From contig CALITO010000008.1 of assembly GCA_938041455.1 (NCBI GenBank), positions 206,319-270,318 on the forward strand: a stretch of DNA of 64,000 bases. The letters are read 5' to 3'. The translations under genes were made by a program, and so were the position numbers. The stretch is from an uncultured bacterium. Lineage in GTDB: Bacteria; Armatimonadota; JACIXR01. Below the pieces are notes generated by a model. It was not told the DNA's origin. It ran no database searches and saw nothing but the letters and a program-made list of their open reading frames with translations. Every line of letters begins with the position of its first letter. Position 1 is the stretch's first letter. Below are positions 20,207 through 30,793 of the stretch, piece after piece.

Positions 20207-20255
20207 CCACCAACCTCAGCCAGGAGCAAATAGTTTATCTTTTGCCAAGCAAAGA

Positions 20256-20858
20256 ATGATAGAAAAGGATTTAATAGGGAGAGGGATTTACAACGAGAGG
20301 GTGCTATATGCTTTTTCTAAAGTGCCGAGGGAGGAATTCGTCCCACCTCAGTATAAACATTTAGCCTACGAGGATTATCCCCTCCCAATTGGGGAGGGGC
20401 AAACGATATCTCAACCATATATGGTCGCAATAATGCTTCAAGAGATGCACTTGAAGGGTGACGAGAAAGTGTTGGAGGTGGGTGCGGGTTCGGGGTATGT
20501 AGTGGCTTTGCTCGCTGAGATATGCAGGGAAGTTTGGGGAATAGAGAGAATAGCATCCCTTGCTGAGCAGGCGAGGGAACGCCTTCAGAAACTGGGCTAT
20601 ACCAACGCACACATAATTATAGGGGATGGTTCCAAGGGATTGCCCGAACAAGCACCCTTCGATGCTATCTTGGTCTCTGCGGCAGGAAGAAGGGTCCCAC
20701 CCGCTCTCTGGGAACAATTGGCAGAAGGGGGTAGGCTCATTATACCGTTGGAGAATGAGTATTCCCAAATACTCACCGTAATAGAGAAGAAGGAAGGGAA
20801 AATGAGGAAACGGGAGGCAGGTCCCTGCCTTTTCGTTCCCCTTATAGAGGAAGAATAG
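20256..20858 (+). CDS. pcm: Protein-L-isoaspartate O-methyltransferase
   Basis: TISQPYMVA, VLEVGAGSGY SAM motif; start chosen at MIEKDL (longer ORF from 20172 overlaps previous gene). Confidence 0.9.
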   Translation: MIEKDLIGRGIYNERVLYAFSKVPREEFVPPQYKHLAYEDYPLPIGEGQTISQPYMVAIMLQEMHLKGDEKVLEVGAGSGYVVALLAEICREVWGIERIASLAEQARERLQKLGYTNAHIIIGDGSKGLPEQAPFDAILVSAAGRRVPPALWEQLAEGGRLIIPLENEYSQILTVIEKKEGKMRKREAGPCLFVPLIEEE

Positions 20859-20916
20859 CGTTTTAAAGGTTTAGAGAGCCCCGCTCTTGTAATATCTTTT
20901 TCCTATATTTAACACC

Positions 20917-22419
20917 CTATTTTCCTGTTTCCGCTTGAAGATTCTTCAGCGTGGTCCCGGGAAAGTAATGCCTGATTATCTCCGGATAACTGTAACCCTT
21001 TTTTGCCAATCCCACTGCTCCCCATTGGCAGAAACCTATCCCATGTCCCGAACCACCACCTACTATCTTGAATGTCGTTTTATCCTCGCTCTTTTCCTTT
21101 TCTACAAAGAAAAGAAGACTTGGTAAGCTACCTTTTGAGGCGGGTCTGCCATCTCCAAACGCCCAACGGACCTCGTCACCCCTCAACATAATAATCCCTT
21201 CCTTTGTCTCTATCTTCAGCGCTCTTACTCTCCCCCAAGGGCTTCTTTCATCCACGCTTATATCCTTTATCTTTTCTACTTTAAGAGTGGGCTTGCGAAG
21301 GAGCAAAGGAAGGGAACGGGAAAAAATCTCCTGCAAATCACCTTCTCCATACTTGCGAATCCACCGGAAATCAGGGGCTAATTCGCAGTTAAATCCGCCC
21401 TTTTTCTCAAGGAATTTCTTTAGATTCTCCTCCGAACTTAAATCAAGGGGGTAAGGACTATTATCAGGTTTCGCGATTAAATAAGGGGCGGAAGCTCCCC
21501 AAAGGCTGGCGTCCTCTCCAATTCCTCCACAGCAGGAATGGAAGGGAGTGAGGGCGGGTTTCTCCTTATAGGTAACTATGATCCCTTTTGTTGCTTCAAT
21601 AATATCGTTGAACTTGGATTTCTCATAATCATAACCCAGATAAATTTGGCAGTGACGATCGCCACATAGGTCAAATCCTTCTTTTTTGTGGCGTCCTAAA
21701 GAATAGACTGCATAGGTTCGGGCAACTACCGCCTGTGCCTTCAGACACTCCGTAGGAAAATGGGAGGGTATTTCGGCAGGTAATACGCCTCTCAGATAAT
21801 CCTCCAAATCCAGCTCGTTAACTAATTCCGAAAGGGAAGCGTTATTCACGAATATCTCCAACTCGCCCCTGAACCTCCTACTTGGAGCACTATCAATGGA
21901 AACGGCGAAAAAGCCTTGTCCTTTATCCTTGATAGGGGCAAGCCTGAGGCGAGCGTCACAGGGGAATACCATTCTTTTACCTTCTATTTCCACTTCTAAC
22001 CTCTTCTCCTCAAGTTCTTTTTCGAAAGGGTAAGTGATGATGTCCTTGCCCTTGATACGCTCCTGCAGCACTTTCTTCCCTACTTGTAGCTCGCACCTCG
22101 CAACAACATCCCTACCATTCCTTTCTACATCATAACCTAGCAACTTCACTTCCCTTTCTACTCTTTGAGCAATTTCCTCGTTAGGGCAATTGAATCTAAG
22201 AAAATAGGTTTTCCTCGTCTTGGTGAGAAAGGAAAACCTCGCTTCGTTTAAGGAGGAATTAAGAAACTCTCCATTGGATAAGTTTTTCAAGGAAAAAGGA
22301 GTGGAGCAAGCTATATGGAGCTCTCGCCATCCTTTCCCTATTTCCACTCTTATAGGAAGGGCAAAAGACTTGCCTACCAGTAGAGGGACGAGCCAGAGAA
22401 AAGACTTTATCTTGTTCAA
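20917..22419 (-). CDS. SpoIID/LytB domain protein (amidase enhancer-like), secreted
   Basis: C-terminal SpoIID/LytB signature (AQAVVARTYAV..., CGDRHCQIY), signal peptide. Confidence 0.8.
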   Translation of the reverse strand: MNKIKSFLWLVPLLVGKSFALPIRVEIGKGWRELHIACSTPFSLKNLSNGEFLNSSLNEARFSFLTKTRKTYFLRFNCPNEEIAQRVEREVKLLGYDVERNGRDVVARCELQVGKKVLQERIKGKDIITYPFEKELEEKRLEVEIEGKRMVFPCDARLRLAPIKDKGQGFFAVSIDSAPSRRFRGELEIFVNNASLSELVNELDLEDYLRGVLPAEIPSHFPTECLKAQAVVARTYAVYSLGRHKKEGFDLCGDRHCQIYLGYDYEKSKFNDIIEATKGIIVTYKEKPALTPFHSCCGGIGEDASLWGASAPYLIAKPDNSPYPLDLSSEENLKKFLEKKGGFNCELAPDFRWIRKYGEGDLQEIFSRSLPLLLRKPTLKVEKIKDISVDERSPWGRVRALKIETKEGIIMLRGDEVRWAFGDGRPASKGSLPSLLFFVEKEKSEDKTTFKIVGGGSGHGIGFCQWGAVGLAKKGYSYPEIIRHYFPGTTLKNLQAETGK

Positions 22420-22422
22420 GGA

Positions 22423-23382
22423 TTATTCTTGAAGTCTGATAACTCTTCCCAGCTGAGAAGAGCGCTGAATGGAAAGGCAAACCTGAAGGGCCAATCTACC
22501 CACCTCTGCATCTATCCCCACGGGCTTACCCTCTTTTATACATTTGAGGAAGTAAAACATTTCCTCATAGTAGGGGTCGGCTTCCTTTGACAAGGGAAAT
22601 TCCTCCACTTCCCTCTCGGTTTCCTTCACTATCACCTTATCATATTCTTTCATAATTGCTACCCCCCTTGTTCCTATTAATCCTATGGCGGAGAAGCCGA
22701 GGGGATTGGACCACGATGAACCCAGGATTCCTATCCCCTTCTTGAAGGTGAGGATGCCCCAAACATTGTCCTCTATGCCCAAGTCGGCACGGGATTTGAG
22801 CGTCTTTCCATAGACGGCGGATGGCTTCCCACCAAGCCAGCAGAGGAAGTCAACATCGTGGGTGTTGAATTCCACGGTCATCCCCCCACTCTTCTTGGGG
22901 TCGAAAAGCCAGGGAGCCCCTGGTAATCCACCCATCCTGTTTATCCAAACTACCACGAGGTCCCCTACCCTTTCGCTCACCAGGATTTCCTTAAAAGCTT
23001 GGAATGCGGGAAAGAAGCGGAGGACATAGCCAACCATAAGCTGGACCTCGTTTCTTTTCACTTCTTCCACTATTCTGTCAGCTTGGCGCATAGTAAGGGC
23101 GAGGGGTTTCTCCACAAAGATATGCTTTCCTGCCCGGGCTGAACTGACGATTTGTCCAAAGTGAGCAAATGGAGGAGTGCAAACTACCACTGCGTCAACT
23201 TTGTCCAATTCCCTTTCCCAATTTTTGACGAAGGAACACTCTATTTCCCCTGCCAGTTTCTCTCCTACTTCTCTATTCACATCCGTGACCCATACCACCT
23301 CCGCATCGGGTATGCGCTTCAAATTTCGGGAATGGAGCCTACCCATTCCGCCTGCTCCGATGATGCCGAACCTCAAAGCCAT
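22423..23382 (-). CDS. Gfo/Idh/MocA family NAD(P)-dependent oxidoreductase
   Basis: N-terminal Rossmann GIIGAGGMG, typical family length. Confidence 0.85.
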   Translation of the reverse strand: MALRFGIIGAGGMGRLHSRNLKRIPDAEVVWVTDVNREVGEKLAGEIECSFVKNWERELDKVDAVVVCTPPFAHFGQIVSSARAGKHIFVEKPLALTMRQADRIVEEVKRNEVQLMVGYVLRFFPAFQAFKEILVSERVGDLVVVWINRMGGLPGAPWLFDPKKSGGMTVEFNTHDVDFLCWLGGKPSAVYGKTLKSRADLGIEDNVWGILTFKKGIGILGSSWSNPLGFSAIGLIGTRGVAIMKEYDKVIVKETEREVEEFPLSKEADPYYEEMFYFLKCIKEGKPVGIDAEVGRLALQVCLSIQRSSQLGRVIRLQE

Positions 23383-23396
23383 AATTTATCGCCTCC

Positions 23397-24833
23397 CTAT
23401 CTTTTTAACTCTTCCAATTCCTCCTTAAGGACTCGGGAGGTGAGGGAAGGATTTGCTTTACCTTTGGTTTTCCTCATAATTTGTCCCATCAGAAAGCCTA
23501 TAGCTTTCTCCTTTCCCTTAAGATACTGCTCCACTGCGTCTTTTTCCTCCTCTATAACTTCCCTCACGATTTCCCTTATAGCTTCTTCATCGGTGATTTG
23601 AAGAAGTCCTCTTTCCTCTACTATCCTCTTGGGTGACTTTCCTTTCAGGACAACTTCGGGAAAAATCTCCTTAGCTATCCTTATGCTTATCGTTCCCTCG
23701 TCCAAAAGTTTGAGCATCTCCACTAATAATTGAGCATTGAAAGGCACTTCTTCTATACTTTTTCTTTCCGTATTAAGGATTCCCTGGAAATCTGATATCA
23801 GCCAATTTGCTATCTTCTTTGCCTCGGTGTATTGGGAAACCGCTTCTTCAAAGAGCTTCGCTAAGGGAAGGGAAACGATGAGGATGTGCGCCTCCTCCCG
23901 GGATAGTCCCATTCCCCTGACGAATCTTTCTTCCTTCTGAGCCGGTAGCTCGGGAATTTGTCTTCTTATCTCTGCCATCCATCTCTCATCAACTACGATC
24001 GGGGGAATATCCGGCTCAGGGAAATAGCGATAATCGTGAGCCTCTTCCTTTCCCCGCATAGGGAAGGTTTCTTTCTTCTCCTCATTCCAACCTCTTGTCT
24101 CCTGTTCTATCTTACCACCCGCCTCAAGAATCTTCAATTGGCGGTTTATCTCGTATTCAAGTGCTTCACCTACCGCCCTTATGGAGCCAAGGTTCTTTAT
24201 CTCCACCTTTGTTCCCCAGGTATTTGTTTCCAAGTCATAGAGGGATATATTGGGCTCACATCTCAGGGAACCTTCCTCCATCTTCCCGTCACATACGCCC
24301 AGATATTGTAAAAGAAGGCGCAGGCGTTCAAGAAATTCCTTTGCCTCCTCAGGGGAGTTTATATCGGGCTCCGTTACAATCTCCATTAAGGGGACACCCG
24401 AGCGATTGAAATCTATGTAGCTCTTATCTCCAATATGGATTAGTCTACCCGTGTCCTCCTCTAAATGCACTCTCCTTATGCGGATATCCTTCTTCCTTCC
24501 ACTAACTTCTATCTCCAATTTTCCATTCTTCCCCAAGGGCAACTCATATTGACTTATCTGATAGTTCTTGGGCAAATCAGGGTAAAAGTAATTCTTGCGA
24601 GCAAAGTGGGCATAGGAAGCTATTTCGCAATTAAGAGCTAGGGCGGTCATAATGGTGAATTCTACTGCTTTCTTGTTGGTGACCGGCAGAACTCCTGGGA
24701 AACCCAGGCAAATGGGGCAAGTCTGCGTATTGGGTGGTGCACCGAATTTCGTTGAGCATCGGCAGAACATCTTCGTCTCGGTTAAAAGCTCAGCGTGGAC
24801 TTCCATACCTACAACGGGAAGATATTTCGACAT
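23397..24833 (-). CDS. gatB: Asp-tRNA(Asn)/Glu-tRNA(Gln) amidotransferase subunit B
   Basis: GxEVHxxL...CRCS...CPxCLGxPG N-terminal signature, 478 aa. Confidence 0.95.
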   Translation of the reverse strand: MSKYLPVVGMEVHAELLTETKMFCRCSTKFGAPPNTQTCPICLGFPGVLPVTNKKAVEFTIMTALALNCEIASYAHFARKNYFYPDLPKNYQISQYELPLGKNGKLEIEVSGRKKDIRIRRVHLEEDTGRLIHIGDKSYIDFNRSGVPLMEIVTEPDINSPEEAKEFLERLRLLLQYLGVCDGKMEEGSLRCEPNISLYDLETNTWGTKVEIKNLGSIRAVGEALEYEINRQLKILEAGGKIEQETRGWNEEKKETFPMRGKEEAHDYRYFPEPDIPPIVVDERWMAEIRRQIPELPAQKEERFVRGMGLSREEAHILIVSLPLAKLFEEAVSQYTEAKKIANWLISDFQGILNTERKSIEEVPFNAQLLVEMLKLLDEGTISIRIAKEIFPEVVLKGKSPKRIVEERGLLQITDEEAIREIVREVIEEEKDAVEQYLKGKEKAIGFLMGQIMRKTKGKANPSLTSRVLKEELEELKR

Positions 24834-24846
24834 AAACCGCCTCCCT

Positions 24847-25791
24847 TTAAAGAGTTTCTATATATTTTAGCAATTTTTGAAAAGAGAGGGGAAGAGGAGA
24901 GCGAAGAGTTAGTAATTCATCCTTGAAAGGGTGAAAAAAGGAAAGTTGATGGGCATAAAGTGCTTGTCCTCCAAGTTCTTGGATGCTCTCCCGCATAAGA
25001 GGGGGATAGGAATGCCTGGGGGCATAAAGGGGGTCGCCAACGATGGGATGCCCTATATAGGCACAATGAACCCTTATCTGATGTGTTCTTCCTGTGAAGA
25101 GTTTCGCTTCAAGGAGAGAAAAGCCTTTGAACACTTTGAGTCTTCTCAGCATAGTCCTCGCTTCCTTACCCTTCCTCTTTACTATGATCCTATTTCTATG
25201 GGGAACCCTCATCAAAGGGACATCCACGAGCTTTTCCTCAAAATCGACCTCTTTATGAACTAAGGCTATATATCTCCTATCTATCTCCCTCTCCCTCATC
25301 ATCTTGGCTAATTTAATGTGAGCGGGGTCGGTTTTAGCAACTACTAAGAGTCCACCCGTGTCCCTATCAAGGCGATGAACTATTCCCGGTCGGAGAGGAA
25401 AGCCTATAGACGATAGTGGAAAACGATAAAGCAAGGCGTTGACAAGGGTCCCACTTCTCTTATTACCTACGGGATGGGTAAGCATACCGAAGGGCTTTTC
25501 CACTACCGCTAAGAACTCGTCCTCATAAATTACATTTATGGGGATTGGTTCAGGCTTTATTTCCAAGGTGGGGGGAGGGGGAATTGTTATCTCTATCAAT
25601 TCCCCGCCCCTTAACTTATAGGAGGGCTTACTTTCCTTCCCCGAAACGAGGATATATCCGCTTTCTATCAATTGTTGGATGTGATTGCGAGAAAATAGAG
25701 GATAGAGACGCTCGCTGAGGTAAACATCCAAGCGTTTACCTTTTTCTTCTCCTATTAGTTCTATTTTTTCTCCCTTCCTAATCTCAGCCAA
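24847..25791 (-). CDS. RluA-family 23S rRNA pseudouridine synthase (RluD-like) with S4 domain
   Basis: RLDVYLS S4 motif; [16 protein letters not shown] catalytic motif. Confidence 0.9.
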   Translation of the reverse strand: MAEIRKGEKIELIGEEKGKRLDVYLSERLYPLFSRNHIQQLIESGYILVSGKESKPSYKLRGGELIEITIPPPPTLEIKPEPIPINVIYEDEFLAVVEKPFGMLTHPVGNKRSGTLVNALLYRFPLSSIGFPLRPGIVHRLDRDTGGLLVVAKTDPAHIKLAKMMREREIDRRYIALVHKEVDFEEKLVDVPLMRVPHRNRIIVKRKGKEARTMLRRLKVFKGFSLLEAKLFTGRTHQIRVHCAYIGHPIVGDPLYAPRHSYPPLMRESIQELGGQALYAHQLSFFHPFKDELLTLRSPLPLSFQKLLKYIETL

Positions 25792-26513
25792 AGATAAACA
25801 CCTACAAGGAGAAGGATTGCACTTGCCAGTTGAGCTTGGGTAATCCCATCAAAAAGAATTTGGGCAGTTTCCCCTTTGCGCAAGATCTCTGCGAGGATGC
25901 GATAGAAGGGGTAGAGCATCATATAAAGGGAAAATGTTTGTCCCTGTGTTTTTTTCCTTTTCCCATCAAACCAGAGTAGAAGCAAGAGGAAGACCATATT
26001 GGCAACAAAGGCATATAGTTGAACTGGGTGATGGGGTTCTCCTGGGGATACGGAGGGGAATCTCACTCCCCAAGGTAGATTTGTGGGGATCCCATAACAG
26101 CAGCCGTTGAGGAAGCAGCCGATGCGCCCGAAGGCGTAGCCAAGAGCAAGAGAAGGGGTAATGAGATCGGACATTTGAAAAAAACTTATTCCTCGCCTTC
26201 TACAAAAAACGATCGTCGTTATAACGCCTGCTCCAAGTGAGCCATAGAAGGACAAACCGCCGTTCCATATTGCTACTATTTGCAATGGGTTGTGTATATA
26301 GAAGGAGATGTTCAACATAACATATACCAATCTCCCCCCTATTATTCCCGCTAAAAGTAGGTAAAGAGCCAAATCAAGGAGGTATTCCTTAGGAACGCTA
26401 TATTTTTGCGCCCTTTTAACTGCCAGCCAGTAACCCAAGGCGAAACCTATCAGTAGCATAAGTCCCCAGGAACGGAGAGCTAAGGGACCTATCTTAAAAA
26501 GTATTGGGTGCAC
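25761..26513 (-). CDS. lgt: Prolipoprotein diacylglyceryl transferase
   Basis: GPLALRSWGLMLLIGF N-terminus, Lgt signature region G..L...RRG, 7 TM. Confidence 0.9.
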   Translation of the reverse strand: MHPILFKIGPLALRSWGLMLLIGFALGYWLAVKRAQKYSVPKEYLLDLALYLLLAGIIGGRLVYVMLNISFYIHNPLQIVAIWNGGLSFYGSLGAGVITTIVFCRRRGISFFQMSDLITPSLALGYAFGRIGCFLNGCCYGIPTNLPWGVRFPSVSPGEPHHPVQLYAFVANMVFLLLLLWFDGKRKKTQGQTFSLYMMLYPFYRILAEILRKGETAQILFDGITQAQLASAILLLVGVYLWLRLGREKK

Positions 26514-26934
26514 TTTCTTCTCCTCCTTTTCTCAAAGCTGAGATGATAGTGAGAATAACTCCGAAAAATATACAAATATCTGCTAAATTAAAAATAGGCC
26601 AGTAACGAATATGGAGGAAGTCAAGGACGTAGCCGAGCCTTATTCTATCCACAATATTTCCTAACGCTCCTCCCACGATGAGATAAAGGTAAGGTGAATG
26701 GCGGTGCCAAAAATATATCAAGAGGGCAACGATTGCCAGGCTGAGGAGGGAGAGAAAAAAAGAATTGAAGGTTGTGAAAACCCCAAATGCCACGCCTCTA
26801 TTCTCTGTAGGTGTTAAGTAAAGAACGCCGGGAATTATGGGATAAGAAAGTCCAAGGGGGATCTTTTTCAAGATAATGATTTTGCTCAGCTGGTCAAATA
26901 TAAATGTGGAAACCGCCAATACTATCCTAAGCAA
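26494..26934 (-). CDS. lspA: Lipoprotein signal peptidase II
   Basis: NRGVAFG and FNLADxxI catalytic motifs; follows ileS as is common. Confidence 0.9.
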   Translation of the reverse strand: MLRIVLAVSTFIFDQLSKIIILKKIPLGLSYPIIPGVLYLTPTENRGVAFGVFTTFNSFFLSLLSLAIVALLIYFWHRHSPYLYLIVGGALGNIVDRIRLGYVLDFLHIRYWPIFNLADICIFFGVILTIISALRKGGEESAPNTF

Positions 26935-29717
26935 CTCTTCCCTTCCTTCTTAAGGATAGAAACACATCTTTGACAAAGTTCCGGATACTCCTTGTCCATT
27001 CCCACGCTTTCCTTTATCTGCCAACAACGGGCGCATTTTCTCCCTTTCGCTCGGGAAACTACCACCTTTATATCCTCTTCTACTCTGCTTTCTGCTGGCG
27101 CTTCCTCAAGGGGATGAACAGTTGCGTAGGAGGTTATCAGGATGTCGGAAAAATTGCCGTCCAAGTAGGACAGAGCATTTAGATATTCCGAAGGCAGATA
27201 GACATCAACGGCTGCCTCCAAGGGATTTGCGATGAGCCCTTTTGAACGCTCTTCTTCTAAATGTTTGTATACCTTTCGCCTTATTTCCCAGATCTTCTCC
27301 CATCGCTTCTCCAGTTCCTCATCCACGAATTCCTTATCTATCTCTGGCCAATCGGAGAGATGGACGCTTTCGGGCTTGCCTTCCCAGGAAGGTAAGTGTT
27401 GAAAAGCTTCTTCCGCCGTATGCGGTATCACTGGGGCAAGGATAATCACCAAAACCTTCGCGATGTGAAAAAGGGCAGTCTGGGCAGATAGCCTTTCCCG
27501 AGAACTTGGAGGATAGATATATAAGCGGTCCTTCAGGATGTCAAGATAAAGAGAAGATAGCCAATTCACGCAGAAATCCAAGATAGAGTGGTAAGCTCTA
27601 TGAAATTGGAAAGCCTCATAAGCTTGGGTAACGGATTTAACGAGTTTCTGTAACTTGCTGAGCATAAATTTATCTAAGCTGAAAAGTGAATCTTTGGATA
27701 GAATGGAAGAGGGGTTAAAATCGTAGAGATTGCCAAGGATAAACCTGATGGTATTTCTTATCTTGCGATAGGATTCCGCCACCTGCTCCACTATTCCAAA
27801 TGACATATGAACATCCTCCGTGCAATTCAAAGATGATATCCATAACCTTAGCACATCCGCGCCCAGGCGTTCAACGACTTCCAAAGGAGATATCACATTT
27901 CCTAAGCTCTTATGCATAGGATGTCCTTCTGCATCTAAGACCCAGCCATTTGTTATTACCGTCTTATAAGGAGCTTGCCCCCTTATCGCCACTCCAATCA
28001 TCAAAGAGGAGTTGAACCACCCCCTATGCTGGTCTGCTCCCTCAAGATAAATATCCGCTGGCCACTTCAAGCCTTCCTTTTCATCAAGCACGCATAGATG
28101 GCTCGAGCCAGAATCGAACCAAACATCCAATATATCCTTCTCCTTTATAAAAGAATGACCACCGCACTTTGGGCAAGTAAAACCCGGCGGAAGTATCTCC
28201 TCAGGAGGAAGCTCGAACCAGGCGTCGGAACCTTTCTCCCATACAAGGTTGTATACTCTCTTAACCGTCTCAGGTGTTATGATTACCTCACCGCAATTCT
28301 CGCAATAAAAAGCAGGTATACCAACGCCCCACGCCCTCTGACGAGATAAACACCAATCGGGGCGGGTTTTAACCATGTTATATATGCGGTTTATCATCTG
28401 GGGAGGTATCCACCTTGTATTTTCTATTTCCTTCAAACATTTCTCCCTATGACCTTGGTGGTCTATGTCCATAAACCATTGAACAGTAGCACGAAATATA
28501 AGGGGATTTTTGCATCTCCAGCAGTGAGGGTATTCGTGGGTTATCTCGTCCACTTTGAGGAGAAGCTCTCTCTTTTGGAGGAGATCTACAATCGCAGTAT
28601 TTCCTTCCCCCATCACAGGTAACCCAGCGAACTCTCCCGCTTCTTCGTTGAATCTTCCTTCCGCATTAACAGGACTGAGGATTGGAAGGTTATACGCTTT
28701 GCCAACCAGATAATCCTCTTCGCCGTGACCCGGAGCGCAATGAACGAGTCCCGAGCCTTGCTCAGCTGTGACAAACTCGCTCAGAACGAGGGGGGATTCC
28801 CTTTCCAGGAAGGGATGGGAAAAGACCACCCCTTCCAAATTTCTGCCTCTTAATTCTTCCCTTTTCTCTACTACATCCCAAGCAAGTTCTTCTTTTACCC
28901 TGTCCAAAGTTTCCTTAGCTACAAGATATTTTCTCCCCTTCACTTCCACCACCAGGTAATGGAAATCGGGGTTAATCATTATCGCTACATTGCCCAGAAG
29001 TGTCCAAGGAGTAGTTGTCCAGATTATAGCGTGGGTATCCTGAAGTTTGCCTTTACCGTCCTTGAGGGGAAATGCTACCCATATAGAGGGTGATAATTTT
29101 TCCTTATACTCTATCTCTGCCTCCGCCAGGGCGGTCTGGCAGTTAGGGCACCAAAGGATGGGTTTTAATGCGCGATATATGTAGCCTTTGAAATAAAGCT
29201 CTCCAAATATACGCACTAACTCAGCCTCATATTCATTATCCATAGTTAAATAGGGGTTATCCCAATCCCCTATTATACCCAATCGTTTAAATTGTCTCTT
29301 TTGCACCTCTACGAAGTGGGCAGCGAAAGCACGACAGCGCTGGCGGATGAGGGTGATGCTGGGCTCTATCTTCTCCCTTATAATCTCCTCTTGGACCTCT
29401 TTCTCTATAGGCATACCATGGTTATCCCACCCCGGAATGAAGGGAGTGTAAAAACCTCTGAGCATTTTGTATCTTACAATGAAGTCCTTGAGTATTTTGT
29501 TAAGGGCGTGTCCCATATGGATATCTCCGTTGGAATAAGGTGGACCATCGTGGAGGATGAATATGGGACGCCCTTTTCTGCGTTCCAAGATCTTCTCGTA
29601 TAGTTTTATTTCTTCCCACTTTTTCTGGAACTCCGGCTCACGGTAAGATAGATTCGCTTTCATTGGGAAGGCGGTCTGGGGAAGATTTATTGTTTTACTG
29701 TAATCCAACCTACACAC
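26922..29717 (-). CDS. ileS: Isoleucine--tRNA ligase
   Basis: HMGHALN (HIGH), KMSKS, CP1 editing domain, C-terminal zinc-binding cysteines; 931 aa. Confidence 0.95.
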   Translation of the reverse strand: MCRLDYSKTINLPQTAFPMKANLSYREPEFQKKWEEIKLYEKILERRKGRPIFILHDGPPYSNGDIHMGHALNKILKDFIVRYKMLRGFYTPFIPGWDNHGMPIEKEVQEEIIREKIEPSITLIRQRCRAFAAHFVEVQKRQFKRLGIIGDWDNPYLTMDNEYEAELVRIFGELYFKGYIYRALKPILWCPNCQTALAEAEIEYKEKLSPSIWVAFPLKDGKGKLQDTHAIIWTTTPWTLLGNVAIMINPDFHYLVVEVKGRKYLVAKETLDRVKEELAWDVVEKREELRGRNLEGVVFSHPFLERESPLVLSEFVTAEQGSGLVHCAPGHGEEDYLVGKAYNLPILSPVNAEGRFNEEAGEFAGLPVMGEGNTAIVDLLQKRELLLKVDEITHEYPHCWRCKNPLIFRATVQWFMDIDHQGHREKCLKEIENTRWIPPQMINRIYNMVKTRPDWCLSRQRAWGVGIPAFYCENCGEVIITPETVKRVYNLVWEKGSDAWFELPPEEILPPGFTCPKCGGHSFIKEKDILDVWFDSGSSHLCVLDEKEGLKWPADIYLEGADQHRGWFNSSLMIGVAIRGQAPYKTVITNGWVLDAEGHPMHKSLGNVISPLEVVERLGADVLRLWISSLNCTEDVHMSFGIVEQVAESYRKIRNTIRFILGNLYDFNPSSILSKDSLFSLDKFMLSKLQKLVKSVTQAYEAFQFHRAYHSILDFCVNWLSSLYLDILKDRLYIYPPSSRERLSAQTALFHIAKVLVIILAPVIPHTAEEAFQHLPSWEGKPESVHLSDWPEIDKEFVDEELEKRWEKIWEIRRKVYKHLEEERSKGLIANPLEAAVDVYLPSEYLNALSYLDGNFSDILITSYATVHPLEEAPAESRVEEDIKVVVSRAKGRKCARCWQIKESVGMDKEYPELCQRCVSILKKEGKSCLG

Positions 29718-30555
29718 CTCCTATTTGGGAGAGGAAATCGGAGAGGGCATCTTGCCATTTCCTGAGAGGAGGGAAGTGGAAATTATCCCAAGCGAAGGTG
29801 CGGAGTGCAGAGTATGGGGGGCGTTTCGCCGGGCTAGGCCATTCCGAGGAGGTTATGGGCTTCAGGGGGGTAGATATACCTGCAAGTTTCAAGGCCTCTT
29901 GGGCAAATTCATACCAAGAAACTTCTCCTTGGTTGACAATATGGTAAATGCCGCAGAAGGGCGAATAAATTAGATGGGAAATTGCCTGCGCCAAATCATA
30001 GGTATAAGTGGGGGAGACTATTTGGTCGGAGACAACACTTAGTGGCCGCCCTTCCTTAGCCTTGCTCAATATAGTGGTCACGAAACTCTTCCCCTTAGTG
30101 CCGTAAAGTCCAGCGGTCCTAACTATGAAGAAACGTCTGTGAAGAGCCATAACCATTTTTTCCCCACCTAACTTGGATTTTCCATATACATTTAAAGGGT
30201 TCGGTTCATCGATTTCTAAATAAGGACTACCCTTCCTACCGTCGAACACATAATCCGTGCTTATATAAACTAACAAAGCACCTGTTTTGGCACAAGCGGA
30301 GGCGACAGCCCAAGTGCCCAATGTATTTACTCTATATGCCTTTTCAGGTTCCAATTCACACTGGTCAACATTGGTGAAAGCAGCACAATGAATAACAACA
30401 TCCGGCTTTAAGGAGGAGATAACATCCATAACTTTACCGCTATCCGTGATATCCAGTTCCTCTTTGGACAAAGGTATCAGTTCCTCCCTCTGGGAGAGGA
30501 CCATCTGGATGTCCGATGCTAACATCCCTTTGGCACCTGTTAAGATTATTCTCAT
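29710..30555 (-). CDS. rfbD: dTDP-4-dehydrorhamnose reductase
   Basis: MRILxTGAxGxL N-terminus, YxxxK SDR-like catalytic pattern, 281 aa. Confidence 0.85.
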   Translation of the reverse strand: MRIILTGAKGMLASDIQMVLSQREELIPLSKEELDITDSGKVMDVISSLKPDVVIHCAAFTNVDQCELEPEKAYRVNTLGTWAVASACAKTGALLVYISTDYVFDGRKGSPYLEIDEPNPLNVYGKSKLGGEKMVMALHRRFFIVRTAGLYGTKGKSFVTTILSKAKEGRPLSVVSDQIVSPTYTYDLAQAISHLIYSPFCGIYHIVNQGEVSWYEFAQEALKLAGISTPLKPITSSEWPSPAKRPPYSALRTFAWDNFHFPPLRKWQDALSDFLSQIGGV

Positions 30556-30793
30556 TCTTTCCTCTCTAACAAAAAACTAAAGATATCCCAAATAAGGAAG
30601 GGAAAACCTTTACATCTTTTGCTTTTAATGTTTTATACACGAAAATAAGGCTTTTGGCAAGGGAGTGTATAATTTAACATTTCTTCCTTATTTCAATAAA
30701 ACTAATCTAACAAAACCTGGGACTTGTTATAAATTACGGAGTTCTTCTATGTTCTTTCTTATCTTCATAGCAGCTTCCGCTATCTTTTCCACA

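Noticed and set aside
20172-20255. Longer N-terminal extension of pcm (ORF from 20172)
   Set aside because: It overlaps the radical SAM gene's 3' end. The conserved PIMT N-terminus begins at MIEKDL (20256).
20859-20916. Potential terminator between convergent pcm and spoIID-like genes
   Set aside because: Only a weak 5-bp stem (agagc/gctct) without a U-tract. Not convincing as an intrinsic terminator.
30556-30790. AT-rich 235-bp spacer with an extended -10-like TGTATAAT (30666-30673) on the plus strand
   Set aside because: No downstream plus-strand gene until 31855. The intervening DNA is the DegT pseudogene on the other strand. Checked for a tRNA-like cloverleaf or structured RNA and found no GC-rich stems. 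Most likely residual non-coding DNA from gene decay.
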